DNA of 64,000 bases from Candidatus Multivoradales bacterium (GTDB lineage: Bacteria; Acidobacteriota; Thermoanaerobaculia; Multivoradales; J023), in NCBI GenBank assembly GCA_965248925.1, contig CBDFLE010000005.1, forward strand, positions 2,208,001 to 2,272,000. Direction: 5' to 3'. Below the pieces are notes generated by a model. It had not been told where the DNA came from, did no database searches, and saw only the letters and a program-made list of their open reading frames with translations. Below, in pieces: positions 12,001 through 18,534 of the stretch. The translations under genes were made by a program, and so were the position numbers. Numbering within the stretch: the stretch's first letter is position 1; each line of letters opens with the position of its first letter.

Positions 12001-15000
12001 GACCTGTCCGGCCGCCACCGCCGCCGCCAGCTGGCGGATGGTTGGGCCGTCAAAGATGGTGCGTAGTTCGAGGTCAACCTCGAACTGGCGCCGCAGGCTG
12101 GAGATCACTCGGGTCGCCAGGATCGAGTGGCCACCGAGTTCGAAGAAGCTTTCCGTAGTGCCGACCACGTCGAGCCCGAGCAGCTCCTGCCACAGCTCGG
12201 CGATGGTCTGCTCGACCGGCGTGCGCGGCAGCTGCCGCTCGACCGCCCGCAGCATGCCAAAACGCTGCGGCGCCGGCAGAGCGGCGCGGTCCAGCTTGCC
12301 ATTCGGCAACAGCGGCAGCTCTTCGAGCTGGATCCAGGCCGCCGGCAGCATGTGCTCTGCCAGGTCGGGCGCCAGATGCTCTAGCAGCTGGTCGAGGGTC
12401 AGCTGATTGTCGCTGACCCCATAGGCCACCAGCCGCCGATCTCCAGGCTCATCCTGGCGGGCGATCACCACCGCGGCGCGGATCTTCGGATGCTCTAGGA
12501 TGCGCGCCTCGATTTTGCTGAGCTGGATCGGGAAGCCGCGAATACTGACCTGGGAGTCCAGCCTGCCGAGCAACAGCAAGGCTCCATCTAGCCGCCGACG
12601 AGCCACATCACCAGTGTGGTAGAGCCGCTCTCCCCAGGCCCCCGGTCGTGGGTCGGGCACGAAGGACTCGGCGGTCAGAGCCGGGCGCCCAGCATAGCCG
12701 CGGGCCAGGCCGACGCCGCCGATGTGGAGCTCACCGGCAACGCCGATCAGCGCCGGCTGCAGCTCTGGGGTCATGACGTCGAGGCGCAGGTTGGCGATCG
12801 GCCGGCCGATCGGTACGGCGCCGGATTCCTCTGCGGCGCCGCAACGCCAGGCGGTGACGTCGATCGCCGCCGAGGTGGGACCGTAGAGATTGTGTAGGTC
12901 GCAGTCCAGGCGGCGGCGGAAGTCCGCCACCAGGTCGGCCGGCAAGGCCTCGCCGCTGGAGATCACCCGCCGCAGCGAAACGCCGCGACGCTCTAATTCA
13001 CTGGCGGTCAGGAATCTACGCAATAGGGACGGCACAAAATGCAGCGTGGTGATGCGCTGCTGCTCAATCAGCTGCGCCAGCTGTCGCCCATCGCCCTGCC
13101 CACCCGGTAGCCCCAGCACCAACTCGGCGCCACTGAGCAACGGCCAGAAAACCTCCCATACCGAAACATCGAAACTTATCGGCGCGGTCTGCAACAGCCG
13201 GTCACCGAGCCCGACGGGGAAGGCCGATTGCATCCACAATAAGCGATTGACGATCGCCCGGTGGCTAATCATCGCCCCCTTCGGCTGGCCGGCCAGGCCC
13301 GCCGTGTAGATGACGTAGGCCAACTGATCGTCATCGATGGCAAGTCTGGGCTGGAGCTGGGAGCCGGTCTCTGGCCACGGCCGGTCGAAGCACAGAATCG
13401 CCGGGCCGTCTTCAGGCAATCGATCGAGCAGATCGCTGTGGCCCAAGACCAGCTCCACCGCACTGTCTTCGATCATGTAAGCGAGTCGATGCTGCTGATC
13501 CTCGGGGTCGAGGGGCACGTAGGCGGCGCCAGCACGGAGTACACCGTGCAGCGCGATCACCAGCTCCAGCGAGCGCTGCAAGCAGACCCCGACCCGGCTT
13601 TCCGGCCTGATCCCCTGGGCGCGCAGGCGGTCGGCCAGGCACTTGCTACGGCGATCAAGCTCGCCATAGCTCAAGGCGGTGGCGCCACAACGGATCGCGA
13701 CCCGCTCGGGCCAGCGCCGCGCGGCTCGCCACAAGAGCTCCGCCAGGCTGAGCTCAGCTCCCTCGAGTCGCTGCTGGGTATCGTTCCACTCGCTGATCAC
13801 CTGCTGGCGTTGAGGCGGCGGCAACAGCTCGCCGCTGGAGTGCGAGTCGTCTGGGGTGAAGGCCATCGCCAACAGCGTTCTGCGATAGACCTCGGCCACC
13901 CCGCGGACTTGCGCGGCGGTCAACTGATGGCTGTCGTACTCGAAGCTGAGATAAACCCGAGTGGACTCGAAGTCGCGGCTGAAATGGGCCAGCAGCGGAA
14001 AATCGGCGCCTTCTCGCTTGCGGAAGCCGAGCACCTCGACGTCGCCGCTGTCGAGCACTTCCTGGACGACGTGGAAGTAGATGTAGTTGAACGCCACCTC
14101 GTACAGGGGCCGGTCATGCAGCCGGCGCTGCAGCACGGCGAAGGGAAAGCGCCGGTGCGGCAGCAGCTCGGTCTCGCGGCGGAAAGTCCGCGCCACCAGG
14201 TCGCGCCAGGAACCAGCGCCGAGATGCAGCCGGAAGGGCAAGGTGTTGAGGAACAGGCCACGCACTTGATCACCGCCGCGCTCCTCCAAGCGGCCGTTCC
14301 AGACCACCCCGGTGACCACGTCCTGCTGACCGGTAACGCAGCCCAACGCCTTCAGGTGGGCGGCCAGTAAGACACTCTTGAGCGGCGCTCCCACCGCCAC
14401 CCCCAACGCCTTCAGGCCATGGCTGACGGCGGGGCCAAAATCGAGATCGACGTTGCGCATCCGTGGTCGGAGCCCGGCCTTGGCCAGTCCCAGACGCGGA
14501 ACCTCGGTCAACGGGCTATCCTCCAGTGCCCGGCGCCAAAACTCTTCGGCCTCGGGCGAGCGGATGGCCTGCTGCTCGAGCTGGATGAAGTCGCGGTAGC
14601 CGACGCTGGGCAGCTCGGGCTCGGCCGGCTCCTCGCCTTCGAGCAGACGGAAATAGAACTCGAAGATCTCCGCCAAGGTCGAGTGTAGGCTCCAGCCGTC
14701 GAAGATGGCGTGGTTTTCGGTCAGCATGAACTCGAAGCTGTCCGCAGCGCGCAGGCAGACGTGGAAACGCAGCTGCGGCACCTTGGTGAAATCGAAGCGA
14801 TGCCGCTTCTGCGCCGCCATCAGCGCCTGCACCCGCGCCTCCTGCTGCTCTGGGGTCAGCCGCCGCAGGTCGAGGATCGCGGTCGCCAGCTCCGCTTGCC
14901 GATGCACCAGCTGTAGGGCCTTGCTGAACCCGGTCAGGTGGAAGGAGGTCCGCATCACCGGGTGCCGCGCCACCACCCGCGCCACTGCCCGGCGGAATGG

Positions 15001-18000
15001 CCCGGCCTCGAAACGGGCCCGCAAATGCCAACTGTCCACGTTGTGGTACAGCGGATCCTCAGGGGTCAGCTCCATGTGGTACAACATGCCTGCCTGCAGC
15101 ACGCTCAGCGGATAAGCGTCTTCGACATCGGCCGGCAGCAGCCGCCGATCCGACTCCGAGACCAGGCCCAGCGGCCCCACGCGGGCCGCTGGCTCCGCCG
15201 CTCTAGACCCCGCATCGCCGTCCTTCGCCAGCGCCGCCACCAGGGCACCGATGGTCTGGTGGCGGAAGAGATCCGGCAAGCTCAGCTGCACCCCCTCCTC
15301 GGCCGCTCGCGCCAACACCCGCAGGCTAAAGATCGAGTCGCCGCCGAGAGCAAAGAAGTTGTCCTCCACCCCCACCCGATCGACCCCCAGCACCTCCGCC
15401 CACACCGCCGCCAAGATCCATTCTGTAGGATGCCGCGGCGCCACGTACTCGGCGCCACTGGCCAGCCGCTCGCCAGCCTCCGGCTCGGGCAGCGCTCCGC
15501 GATCGAGCTTGCCGTTGGCGGTCAGCGGCATTGACTCCAGCACCACGAACGCTGCCGGCATCATGTAGGCCGGCAGGCGCTCGCCGAGGTGGCCGCGCAA
15601 TGCCTCCAACTCCAGCTCCGCGCCCACCGCCGGCACTACCCAGGCCACCAGTCGCGCGGACTCGGCGCCCGCTTCCTGCCGCGCCAGCACCGCCGCCTCC
15701 GCCACCGCGGCATGCTCGGCCAACGCCGCCTCGATCTCCCCCAGCTCGATGCGAAAGCCCCGCACCTTTACCTGGTGGTCGATCCGACCGAGGTATTCCA
15801 GCTCGCCGCCCGCCAGCCAGCGAGCCAGATCCCCCGAGCGGTAAAGTCTCTCTCCCTCACCCCCGGAGTGAGGATCCGGCACGAAACGGGTCGCGGTCAG
15901 GCTCGGCCGGCCGAGGTAACCCGGCGCCACCCCAGCGCCACCGACCACCATCTCGCCACCCACCCCCTGCGCCACCGGCCCGCCGCGGCAATCCAGCAAG
16001 TACACCCGCAGATCCGCCAGCGCCCGGCCGATGCGGCTGCCGAAGCCCGAGCGCACCTCCGCCTCCAGCAGCCGATGGTAGGTCACATGCACCGTCGTCT
16101 CGGTGATGCCATACATGTTCACCAGGCCCGGCGAAGCATCGCCATACCGCTCCACCCAAGACAACAAGGTCGACGGATCGAGCGCCTCACCACCAAATAC
16201 CACCCAACGCAACGCCAGCTCGGTGGGACGCTCCGCCGCCACCTGAATGAGCTGGCGGAAGGCCGACGGAGTTTGATTGAGGACCGTCACCCCCTCCCCG
16301 CTCAGCAGCTCCAGGAAGCGCTCCGGCGAACGACTCACCCAATAGGGCACCACCACCAGCCGGCCGCCATAGAGCAACGCGCCCCAGATCTCCCACACCG
16401 AGAAATCGAAAGCGTAGGAGTGAAACAGGGTCCACACATCAGCCTCACCAAAGCCAAAATCGGCCTCGGTCGAAAGCATCAAGCGCAGCACCTGGCGGTG
16501 GCTGACCACCACCCCTTTCGGCCCGCCAGTCGAGCCTGAAGTGTAGATCACGTAAGCGGCTTGGGAGGGATCGCCAGCCACCCAGGAGGGCACTGCCTCG
16601 AAGCTTTCAGTCACCGCCCTCGGCGGCTCGCCAGCGTCGATCTCGAGCACCGTGCCCGCCACCTCAGGTAACCGGGAACGCAGTTCGGCGGTGGTCACCA
16701 GCGCCGTCACGCCACTATCCTCGGCGATGAAGCGCAAGCGCTCTGCCGGCACCTCGGGATCCACCGGCACATAGGCCGCGGCGCAGCGCAGAGTCGCCAA
16801 GATCGCCACCACCACGGACACCTCGCGCAAAAGCAGCAGACCCACGAAGTCCCCCGGTCGAACCCCCGCCGACCACAGCCGGCCCGCCAGTAACTCGGCA
16901 GCCGCCCGCAGCTCCGAGTAGCTCAAGGAGCGCTCTTCGTAGCTCAGAGCCAGGGCTTCAGGGCAGCGCGCGGCGACTGCCGCAAAGGCCTCCCACAACC
17001 CGCCCGCGAGCTCGTAGCTGGCACCGCTACCGCTCCACTCCAGCAGCAGCTCCTGGCGCTCGGCGGCGCTCAGCAATCTCAGCGATCCGAGTTCGGCGGC
17101 GGGATCCTCGGTCACCCCGCGTAGTAGTTGTTCGAAGTAAGCCGTCCAACGACTGATGGTTGAAGCTTCGAACAGGTCGAAGGCGTATTCCAAGCTGCCG
17201 ACCAGCCGACCGCTAGACCAGTGCATTTGCAAGTTGAGGTCGAATTTAGCGGTGCCGGTGGCGGTGCCGAGCGCCGAGATCCTCATCGCCGCGTCACCCT
17301 CCGCTACGGGCCCCTCGACCGACTCACTGCCGCTGTTCTGCACCGCCAGGACCACCTGGAAAATCGGCGTGTGATCGAGAACACGCTCGACCACCAAGTC
17401 GTCGACCAACTTCTCGAAGGGCATTCCCTGATGGTCATAGGTGGCGACCGTGAAGCTCCGCACCTGCCGCAGAAGCTCGGCGAAGTTGGGGTTGGCGCTG
17501 AGATCACCCCGCAGGACCACCATGTTGGCGAAGTAACCGATCAAGGGCTCGGTCTCGGCCAACATGCGACCCGCCACCGGCGCCCCCACCAGGACATCGG
17601 CTTGGCCACTCAGTCGGCTGAGCAGGGCCTGAAAGGCGGCGGTCAGGAGAATGAAAACCGTCGCATCTAGGGACTTCGCCAGCCCTTCGATCGCCACCGA
17701 CAATTCGCGGTCGAGGGCGAAGGGATGGGTCGCACCGCGGTAGGTCATCTCCTGCGGCCGTGGTCGGTCCGTCGGCAGGGGGAGGAAGCGCGGCGCGCCG
17801 GCCAGGGCCTGGCGCCAAAACTCCAGCTCCTGCTCCATCTCCTCCGCGCCCAGCTGCTGCCGTTGCCAAGCGGCGAAGTCGGCGTACTGCACCGGCAGCT
17901 CGGGCAGCGCCGGCATCTCGCCGGCCTGCTGGCCCAGGTACACGCTGCCGACTTCGCGAATCAAGATCTCGCTGGACCAACCATCGGTCAGCAAATGATG

Positions 18001-18534
18001 CAGGGTCAGCATTACCAGATGCTCGCCCGCCGCCAGGCGGACCAACGACACCCGCAGCGGCGGCCCGGCGCCGAAGTCGAACGGTCGGCGAGCATCGGCC
18101 GCCACCAGCGCCTCGCCGATCCGCCGCGCCTGTTGCAAGCTCAGCCGTGAAAGGTCGACCTGGGGAAGCTCGATCCGCTGCCGGCTTTGAATCTCCTGCA
18201 CCGGCGAGCCATCGACTTCAAAGAACCGGCTGCGCAGGATCCCGTGACGCTCGATGACCACGGTCAAAGAACGTGACAGCAACCCAACATCAAGCCGGCC
18301 GACCAGCCGAAACGGGCTGGGGATGTTGTAGACCGCCGTCCCCGGCGTCAAGCGCTCGAGGAACCAGAGTCTCAGCTGAGTGAAAGACAAGGGTGCCGGC
18401 CCGGACTCTCGCCGCACCGGGATGGTCGCAGCGGGCTGCTCTCGCAAGCGCTTCTGCTGCAACATCTTCAGCAGCAGGCGCCGCTTGGCCTTGGGTAGAC
18501 CTTCAAGGCGATCCAGGGTTCGCGAAGTGGTCAA
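1..18534 (-). CDS. Giant multimodular NRPS, 3'-truncated by the window (>6178 aa): C-A(Thr)-T-C(modAA)-A*(degenerate)-T-C-A(Ile)-T-C-A(Asp)-T-C-A(Ser-like)-T-C-A(partial)
   Basis: Not in the ORF track, most likely because no stop occurs in the window. A TTG at 18534 overlaps the upstream TGA (TTGA) and follows an AGAGGAG RBS. It translates MTTSRTLDRLEGLPKAKRRLLLKMLQQK...LSFTQLRLWFL. Manual spot translation in the same frame gives HHLLTDGWS (~17990), GGDSIF (~15340), TENHAIFDGWS (~14700), FDAATFELW (~9980), ADLGNTML (~6745), FDVSVNEL (~3470) and FLTTSVFNLL...YGGEAADP at the left edge. Confidence 0.93.
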   Translation of the reverse strand, partial: MTTSRTLDRLEGLPKAKRRLLLKMLQQKRLREQPAATIPVRRESGPAPLSFTQLRLWFLERLTPGTAVYNIPSPFRLVGRLDVGLLSRSLTVVIERHGILRSRFFEVDGSPVQEIQSRQRIELPQVDLSRLSLQQARRIGEALVAADARRPFDFGAGPPLRVSLVRLAAGEHLVMLTLHHLLTDGWSSEILIREVGSVYLGQQAGEMPALPELPVQYADFAAWQRQQLGAEEMEQELEFWRQALAGAPRFLPLPTDRPRPQEMTYRGATHPFALDRELSVAIEGLAKSLDATVFILLTAAFQALLSRLSGQADVLVGAPVAGRMLAETEPLIGYFANMVVLRGDLSANPNFAELLRQVRSFTVATYDHQGMPFEKLVDDLVVERVLDHTPIFQVVLAVQNSGSESVEGPVAEGDAAMRISALGTATGTAKFDLNLQMHWSSGRLVGSLEYAFDLFEASTISRWTAYFEQLLRGVTEDPAAELGSLRLLSAAERQELLLEWSGSGASYELAGGLWEAFAAVAARCPEALALSYEERSLSYSELRAAAELLAGRLWSAGVRPGDFVGLLLLREVSVVVAILATLRCAAAYVPVDPEVPAERLRFIAEDSGVTALVTTAELRSRLPEVAGTVLEIDAGEPPRAVTESFEAVPSWVAGDPSQAAYVIYTSGSTGGPKGVVVSHRQVLRLMLSTEADFGFGEADVWTLFHSYAFDFSVWEIWGALLYGGRLVVVPYWVSRSPERFLELLSGEGVTVLNQTPSAFRQLIQVAAERPTELALRWVVFGGEALDPSTLLSWVERYGDASPGLVNMYGITETTVHVTYHRLLEAEVRSGFGSRIGRALADLRVYLLDCRGGPVAQGVGGEMVVGGAGVAPGYLGRPSLTATRFVPDPHSGGEGERLYRSGDLARWLAGGELEYLGRIDHQVKVRGFRIELGEIEAALAEHAAVAEAAVLARQEAGAESARLVAWVVPAVGAELELEALRGHLGERLPAYMMPAAFVVLESMPLTANGKLDRGALPEPEAGERLASGAEYVAPRHPTEWILAAVWAEVLGVDRVGVEDNFFALGGDSIFSLRVLARAAEEGVQLSLPDLFRHQTIGALVAALAKDGDAGSRAAEPAARVGPLGLVSESDRRLLPADVEDAYPLSVLQAGMLYHMELTPEDPLYHNVDSWHLRARFEAGPFRRAVARVVARHPVMRTSFHLTGFSKALQLVHRQAELATAILDLRRLTPEQQEARVQALMAAQKRHRFDFTKVPQLRFHVCLRAADSFEFMLTENHAIFDGWSLHSTLAEIFEFYFRLLEGEEPAEPELPSVGYRDFIQLEQQAIRSPEAEEFWRRALEDSPLTEVPRLGLAKAGLRPRMRNVDLDFGPAVSHGLKALGVAVGAPLKSVLLAAHLKALGCVTGQQDVVTGVVWNGRLEERGGDQVRGLFLNTLPFRLHLGAGSWRDLVARTFRRETELLPHRRFPFAVLQRRLHDRPLYEVAFNYIYFHVVQEVLDSGDVEVLGFRKREGADFPLLAHFSRDFESTRVYLSFEYDSHQLTAAQVRGVAEVYRRTLLAMAFTPDDSHSSGELLPPPQRQQVISEWNDTQQRLEGAELSLAELLWRAARRWPERVAIRCGATALSYGELDRRSKCLADRLRAQGIRPESRVGVCLQRSLELVIALHGVLRAGAAYVPLDPEDQQHRLAYMIEDSAVELVLGHSDLLDRLPEDGPAILCFDRPWPETGSQLQPRLAIDDDQLAYVIYTAGLAGQPKGAMISHRAIVNRLLWMQSAFPVGLGDRLLQTAPISFDVSVWEVFWPLLSGAELVLGLPGGQGDGRQLAQLIEQQRITTLHFVPSLLRRFLTASELERRGVSLRRVISSGEALPADLVADFRRRLDCDLHNLYGPTSAAIDVTAWRCGAAEESGAVPIGRPIANLRLDVMTPELQPALIGVAGELHIGGVGLARGYAGRPALTAESFVPDPRPGAWGERLYHTGDVARRRLDGALLLLGRLDSQVSIRGFPIQLSKIEARILEHPKIRAAVVIARQDEPGDRRLVAYGVSDNQLTLDQLLEHLAPDLAEHMLPAAWIQLEELPLLPNGKLDRAALPAPQRFGMLRAVERQLPRTPVEQTIAELWQELLGLDVVGTTESFFELGGHSILATRVISSLRRQFEVDLELRTIFDGPTIRQLAAAVAAGQVGDSLARPPLLALERGDQVPLSFAQQRLWLIDQLDPDSTAYNMPLAVRLRGKLDVAALRSALAAAIERHESLRTVFRSDGPSPVQQILPPTAAGGAVVDLSALEREVANSAAEVCLADVVRRPFDLAHGPLIRALLVRLGDGDHLWAVVMHHIVSDGWSIDILWRELTALYAAASTGRPAPLAPLTVHYADYSIWQRQWLSGELLERQVDYWRRRLAGVARLELPLDRPRPMRRRYPAGGCELRLPEASILRFREHARRVGATDFMAFMGLYQGLLARICGQRDVVVGTPVAGRDQPETEGLIGFFVNTLVLRAELGSDPNLASHLESTRSLALEAYAHREVPFERLVEELEPRRDLSLTPLFQTTFSFDDQGPEEQRAGAVPGIEVEPWSRAEATTKFDLSMTLTVTADGAVVGAQFDRQLFDRVSIQRLLRQFGGLVEAWSEVPALKLSAVPLLAAAERHQLLLEFNDAAATLPPLTLAGCFLEQVRSRPDAAAVSYGERWLSYGELRRRAALLAGSLAGLGVGREDRVGLSVERSPDLLVGMLGIVQAGAAYVPLDPSYPEERLRWMIEDADLSVLVTEQAGATRLPAAGVTVLCLDRDWSAIEAGSAIETGVAAPPASLAYIVYTSGSTGRPKGVAVPQAGILRLLLNTDYLRVGSGERVAQASTASFDAATFELWGPLLGGGQVVGIEQSELLAPDRLARVLRRQRVDHAFLTTSVFNLVARLQPAALATLRTVLFGGEACDPRSVGTVLAASPSLRLLHVYGPTECTTFASWQVVSELPQEGSRTVPIGLPIANTSLHLVGAGGQVAPLGVGGELWIGGQGLARGYWNRPALTAECFVPALFTDLPGQRLYRSGDWLRRQHGGELEFLGRIDQQVKIRGFRIEPSEIAVVLEAEEGVAAAFVLPVGEQADRQLVAFVVPGGDVEAARNDRLERSLSSAVARQLPPYMQPASYVLLPELPLNPNGKIDTAALRRRQLEEVALRGGEASPPRTAVEELLVGLWKEVLGLAEVGVEDDFFALGGHSLMATQLMSRLRETCAVELPLRVLFESPTIRQLAAGVKQARGAGQQAERPPMVALPPAVRRRASFAQERMWLLDQLAPASPLYTIPFEVRLEGAIDPAAMGRAFAAVVSRHEVLRGRLEMGQDALEQVLDEGPVAVLPLIDLSHLEAADRTAIGDCLAAAHRLKVFDLSRGPMLYQSLLRFTPRQHLLLVAMHHIVSDGWSLDILRAELSALYRAFAAGLPSPLEALELQYGDYAGWQRGWLAGEVLEAEIAYWQERLAEAPKMLRLPLDWPRPKVQGHRAGYARLELEATLVEAIEELARTEGATPFMVMLAAYKALLARLTGQADLSVGTPIAGRHHRQLEPLIGFFVNTLVIRSRGVGERAFRSLIRMVREHTLDAHLHQDLPFDKLVEELRPERDRSYTPLFQTLFSFHEANFGALGEAAANAAGEPGNYAADAYGVATGWAKFDLKMTVNSGPSWQCELEYDRDLFSAETVEGWLARFERLLRALISDPALLPVEVDLLSRGERHTLLEEWNDTGSVQPSRQLHQWVEAHAAERPQAIAVVAADTQLSYGEFDRRANQLARFLRRRGVGPEVPVALWLERSSSMVVALLAVLKAGGAYLPIDPRQPLARVAAILDEAANPLLLSAAELVDGLPPGVRRAAVVIDACWQEFEDFDGGVLEPVGELGGDALAYVIFTSGSSGLPKGVQVGHAQLMGYCWAVIERLQLRHCRSYAMVSTFGADLGNTMLFPALVNGAVLHVLPYQTVTDAAAFESYFQRHPIDCLKIVPTHLAELLKGDRPADALPRRRLILGGEASTWELWAELERLAPECLLINHYGPSETTVGVLTSQSPRGGGSAAVPIGRPLPGCRAYVLDRWLRPVAPGIAGELALAGGLLARGYGGSPALTAARFVPDPFAAHPGGRLYRSGDLTRHSAAGEIEILGRIDQQLKIRGFRVELGEIERTLESLAAVRSAVVLAAVEEGSTPRLLAFVVPAEPLAQRPSENDQRSTLDSLRGALEVALPVYMLPTAYRLLDELPLTANGKLNRRALLALEPLENARLEAPRTALEQVLSEIWSEVLERPTVAIGENFFELGGHSLVAVRLLNRVEQELGRAVPLASLFEHPTIAGLAATLESRGVAEEDGWELQLEPLIGSLAAARGQSQPAQLSYAQERLWFLHLMEPDSPAYNMPYSVGLEGGLALGALRRAVYELLRRHQVLRSRFPITSQGRPSVCVDPPSAVGLTCIDLSRLRSPAGDRQADRIAAQQASAALDLERGPTSRWQVLRIDQQRHRLLITLHHILSDGWSMSVLERELEELYQSFAAGDPPVLEEPRLQYSDFASWQRRWLSGERLERLLSYWRQRLAGAPERLELPTDRRRPAVQTFRGAGIASSLSATSFDRLKSFAQRSRVTTFTVALSVLAMLLSRLSGQRDVVVGLPVAGRRHRQVEDLIGLFVNVVVARVQCAPNDCFAAIVAQVRELLVEAQDHQDLPFERLVEELQPNRSLAFPPLFQVLMNFSAEARVRSAVDAARQLAEPPADGLEVQGSDGAVAATAKFDLTFAAAEHGTQLGCELEYNTDLYDDVTAQRWLTYYRELLTNSLADPTRALAELALWRPAERHQVLIEQLDTEVVFEAAEGCVHELISSRAVANPDALALVSERAALSYGELERCSESLAQRLRDLGVGRETRVGICAERSVELVVGLLAIWKAGAAYLPLDPGDPQERLEFMLDDSDVDVVLSQSKWASRWASERQLVLLDSAASPSAALRVPALQRPDPDQLAYVIYTSGSTGRPKGVMNSHRGVVNRLLWGQTTMPLVAADRWLQKTPVTFDVSVNELFWPLIAGATLYLARPEAHGDAEYLKRTLARWRITHVHFVPSMMSAFLASADIERHCASLRGVLASGEALSAELLSSYRRRLGSVPLHNLYGPTEASIEVTAWTCTAEDVEAGVPIGRPIANLRTHLVDGELWPVPLGVVGELCLAGVGLARGYGGLAARTATSFVPNPWARVAGERLYRTGDLVSSRTDGVIDYLRRIDHQVKVRGFRIELGEIECLLKGAPGVARAVAVVRRHDTLGNRIFAYVVPSPALPSSGSAGDLRSSLLDVLEQHLPPYMVPTGIAVLSELPLLANGKLDRQALPDVGEPVAAELMSSPRDAVEMEVVEIYQKLLGRSAVGIHQSFFELGGHSLVAVRLQAQIQQRFEQDLPLASFFEHATVASLAEVLRQGSTGEPAWALPPLVLMAADQRRTLSFAQRRLWLLDRLDPGSPTYNMAYAVDLGEAVDRPALGWAWHQVLRRHEVLRSRFPEVADEPSVEIEPLPAAYAVPLVDLAGLEPRDGQLQAGRWASELARRPFDLQAGGLLRWTLLSLGGSGYRLLVSMHHIVSDGWSLGLLQQELTEFYRGAVSGRAPRWVELPIHYGDYAAWQQQWLSGDLLESEIDYWRQRLDGAAEFLELPADRPRGGLMRSRSAACTRQISAAVTTDVLAFAHQNRATPFILTLAVFQLLLGRYTGMLDFSVGTPISGRHRHELHHLIGLFVNTLVMRAQWAPGDTFEELFLRLRAEVLQAHQHQDLPFDLLVQELRPERALGRTPLFQAMFTYSAAAANAEAPADDGAATNPGGLDTVSSGLAKFEWSLQVAEVGGHFSCLLEYDREIFDRSTAARFLGHFENLLGQVVQRPTQTLAAIDLLAAAERHQLLVEHNDTRSWIERDLSISQLLAQHSARQPQAIVASYGDASLSFAELDRRASLVAGALQRRGVGLESRVGLSIERSLELLVAMVGVLKAGAAYVPLDPGYPAERLRLMMSDVGVSVLVTSEDLLERLPTAAIEVLCLDRDWPEIEAGEAVDRSAEVQPAQLAYIMFTSGSTGQPKGVAIPHLAILRLVRNTDYVDPRAGERTAQASTASFDAATLEFWMPLLNGGQLVGIDSQVLVSPQRLADSLARLRIDHMFLTTSVFNLLIRDRPAAFRGLQTLIYGGEAADPRAVRAAHQA
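12270..13800 (-). other. Degenerate (probably inactive) Ser-family adenylation domain
   Basis: A3 YTAGLAGQPKG, A5 YGPTSAAID and A8 GRLDSQVSIRGFPIQLSKIE all deviate at conserved residues. The pocket residues still read DVWHISLIDK. Confidence 0.8.
13850..15130 (-). other. Modified-amino-acid (modAA, dehydrating-type) condensation domain
   Basis: AYPLSVLQAGMLYH...RHPVMRTSFHLTGFSKALQLVH...KRHRFDF...FEFMLTENHAIFDGWSLHSTLAEIF. It follows a Thr module whose T has the GGDS motif. The pattern matches the McyA/AmbE/NocB-related modAA clade rather than LCL. Boundaries approximate. Confidence 0.75.
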
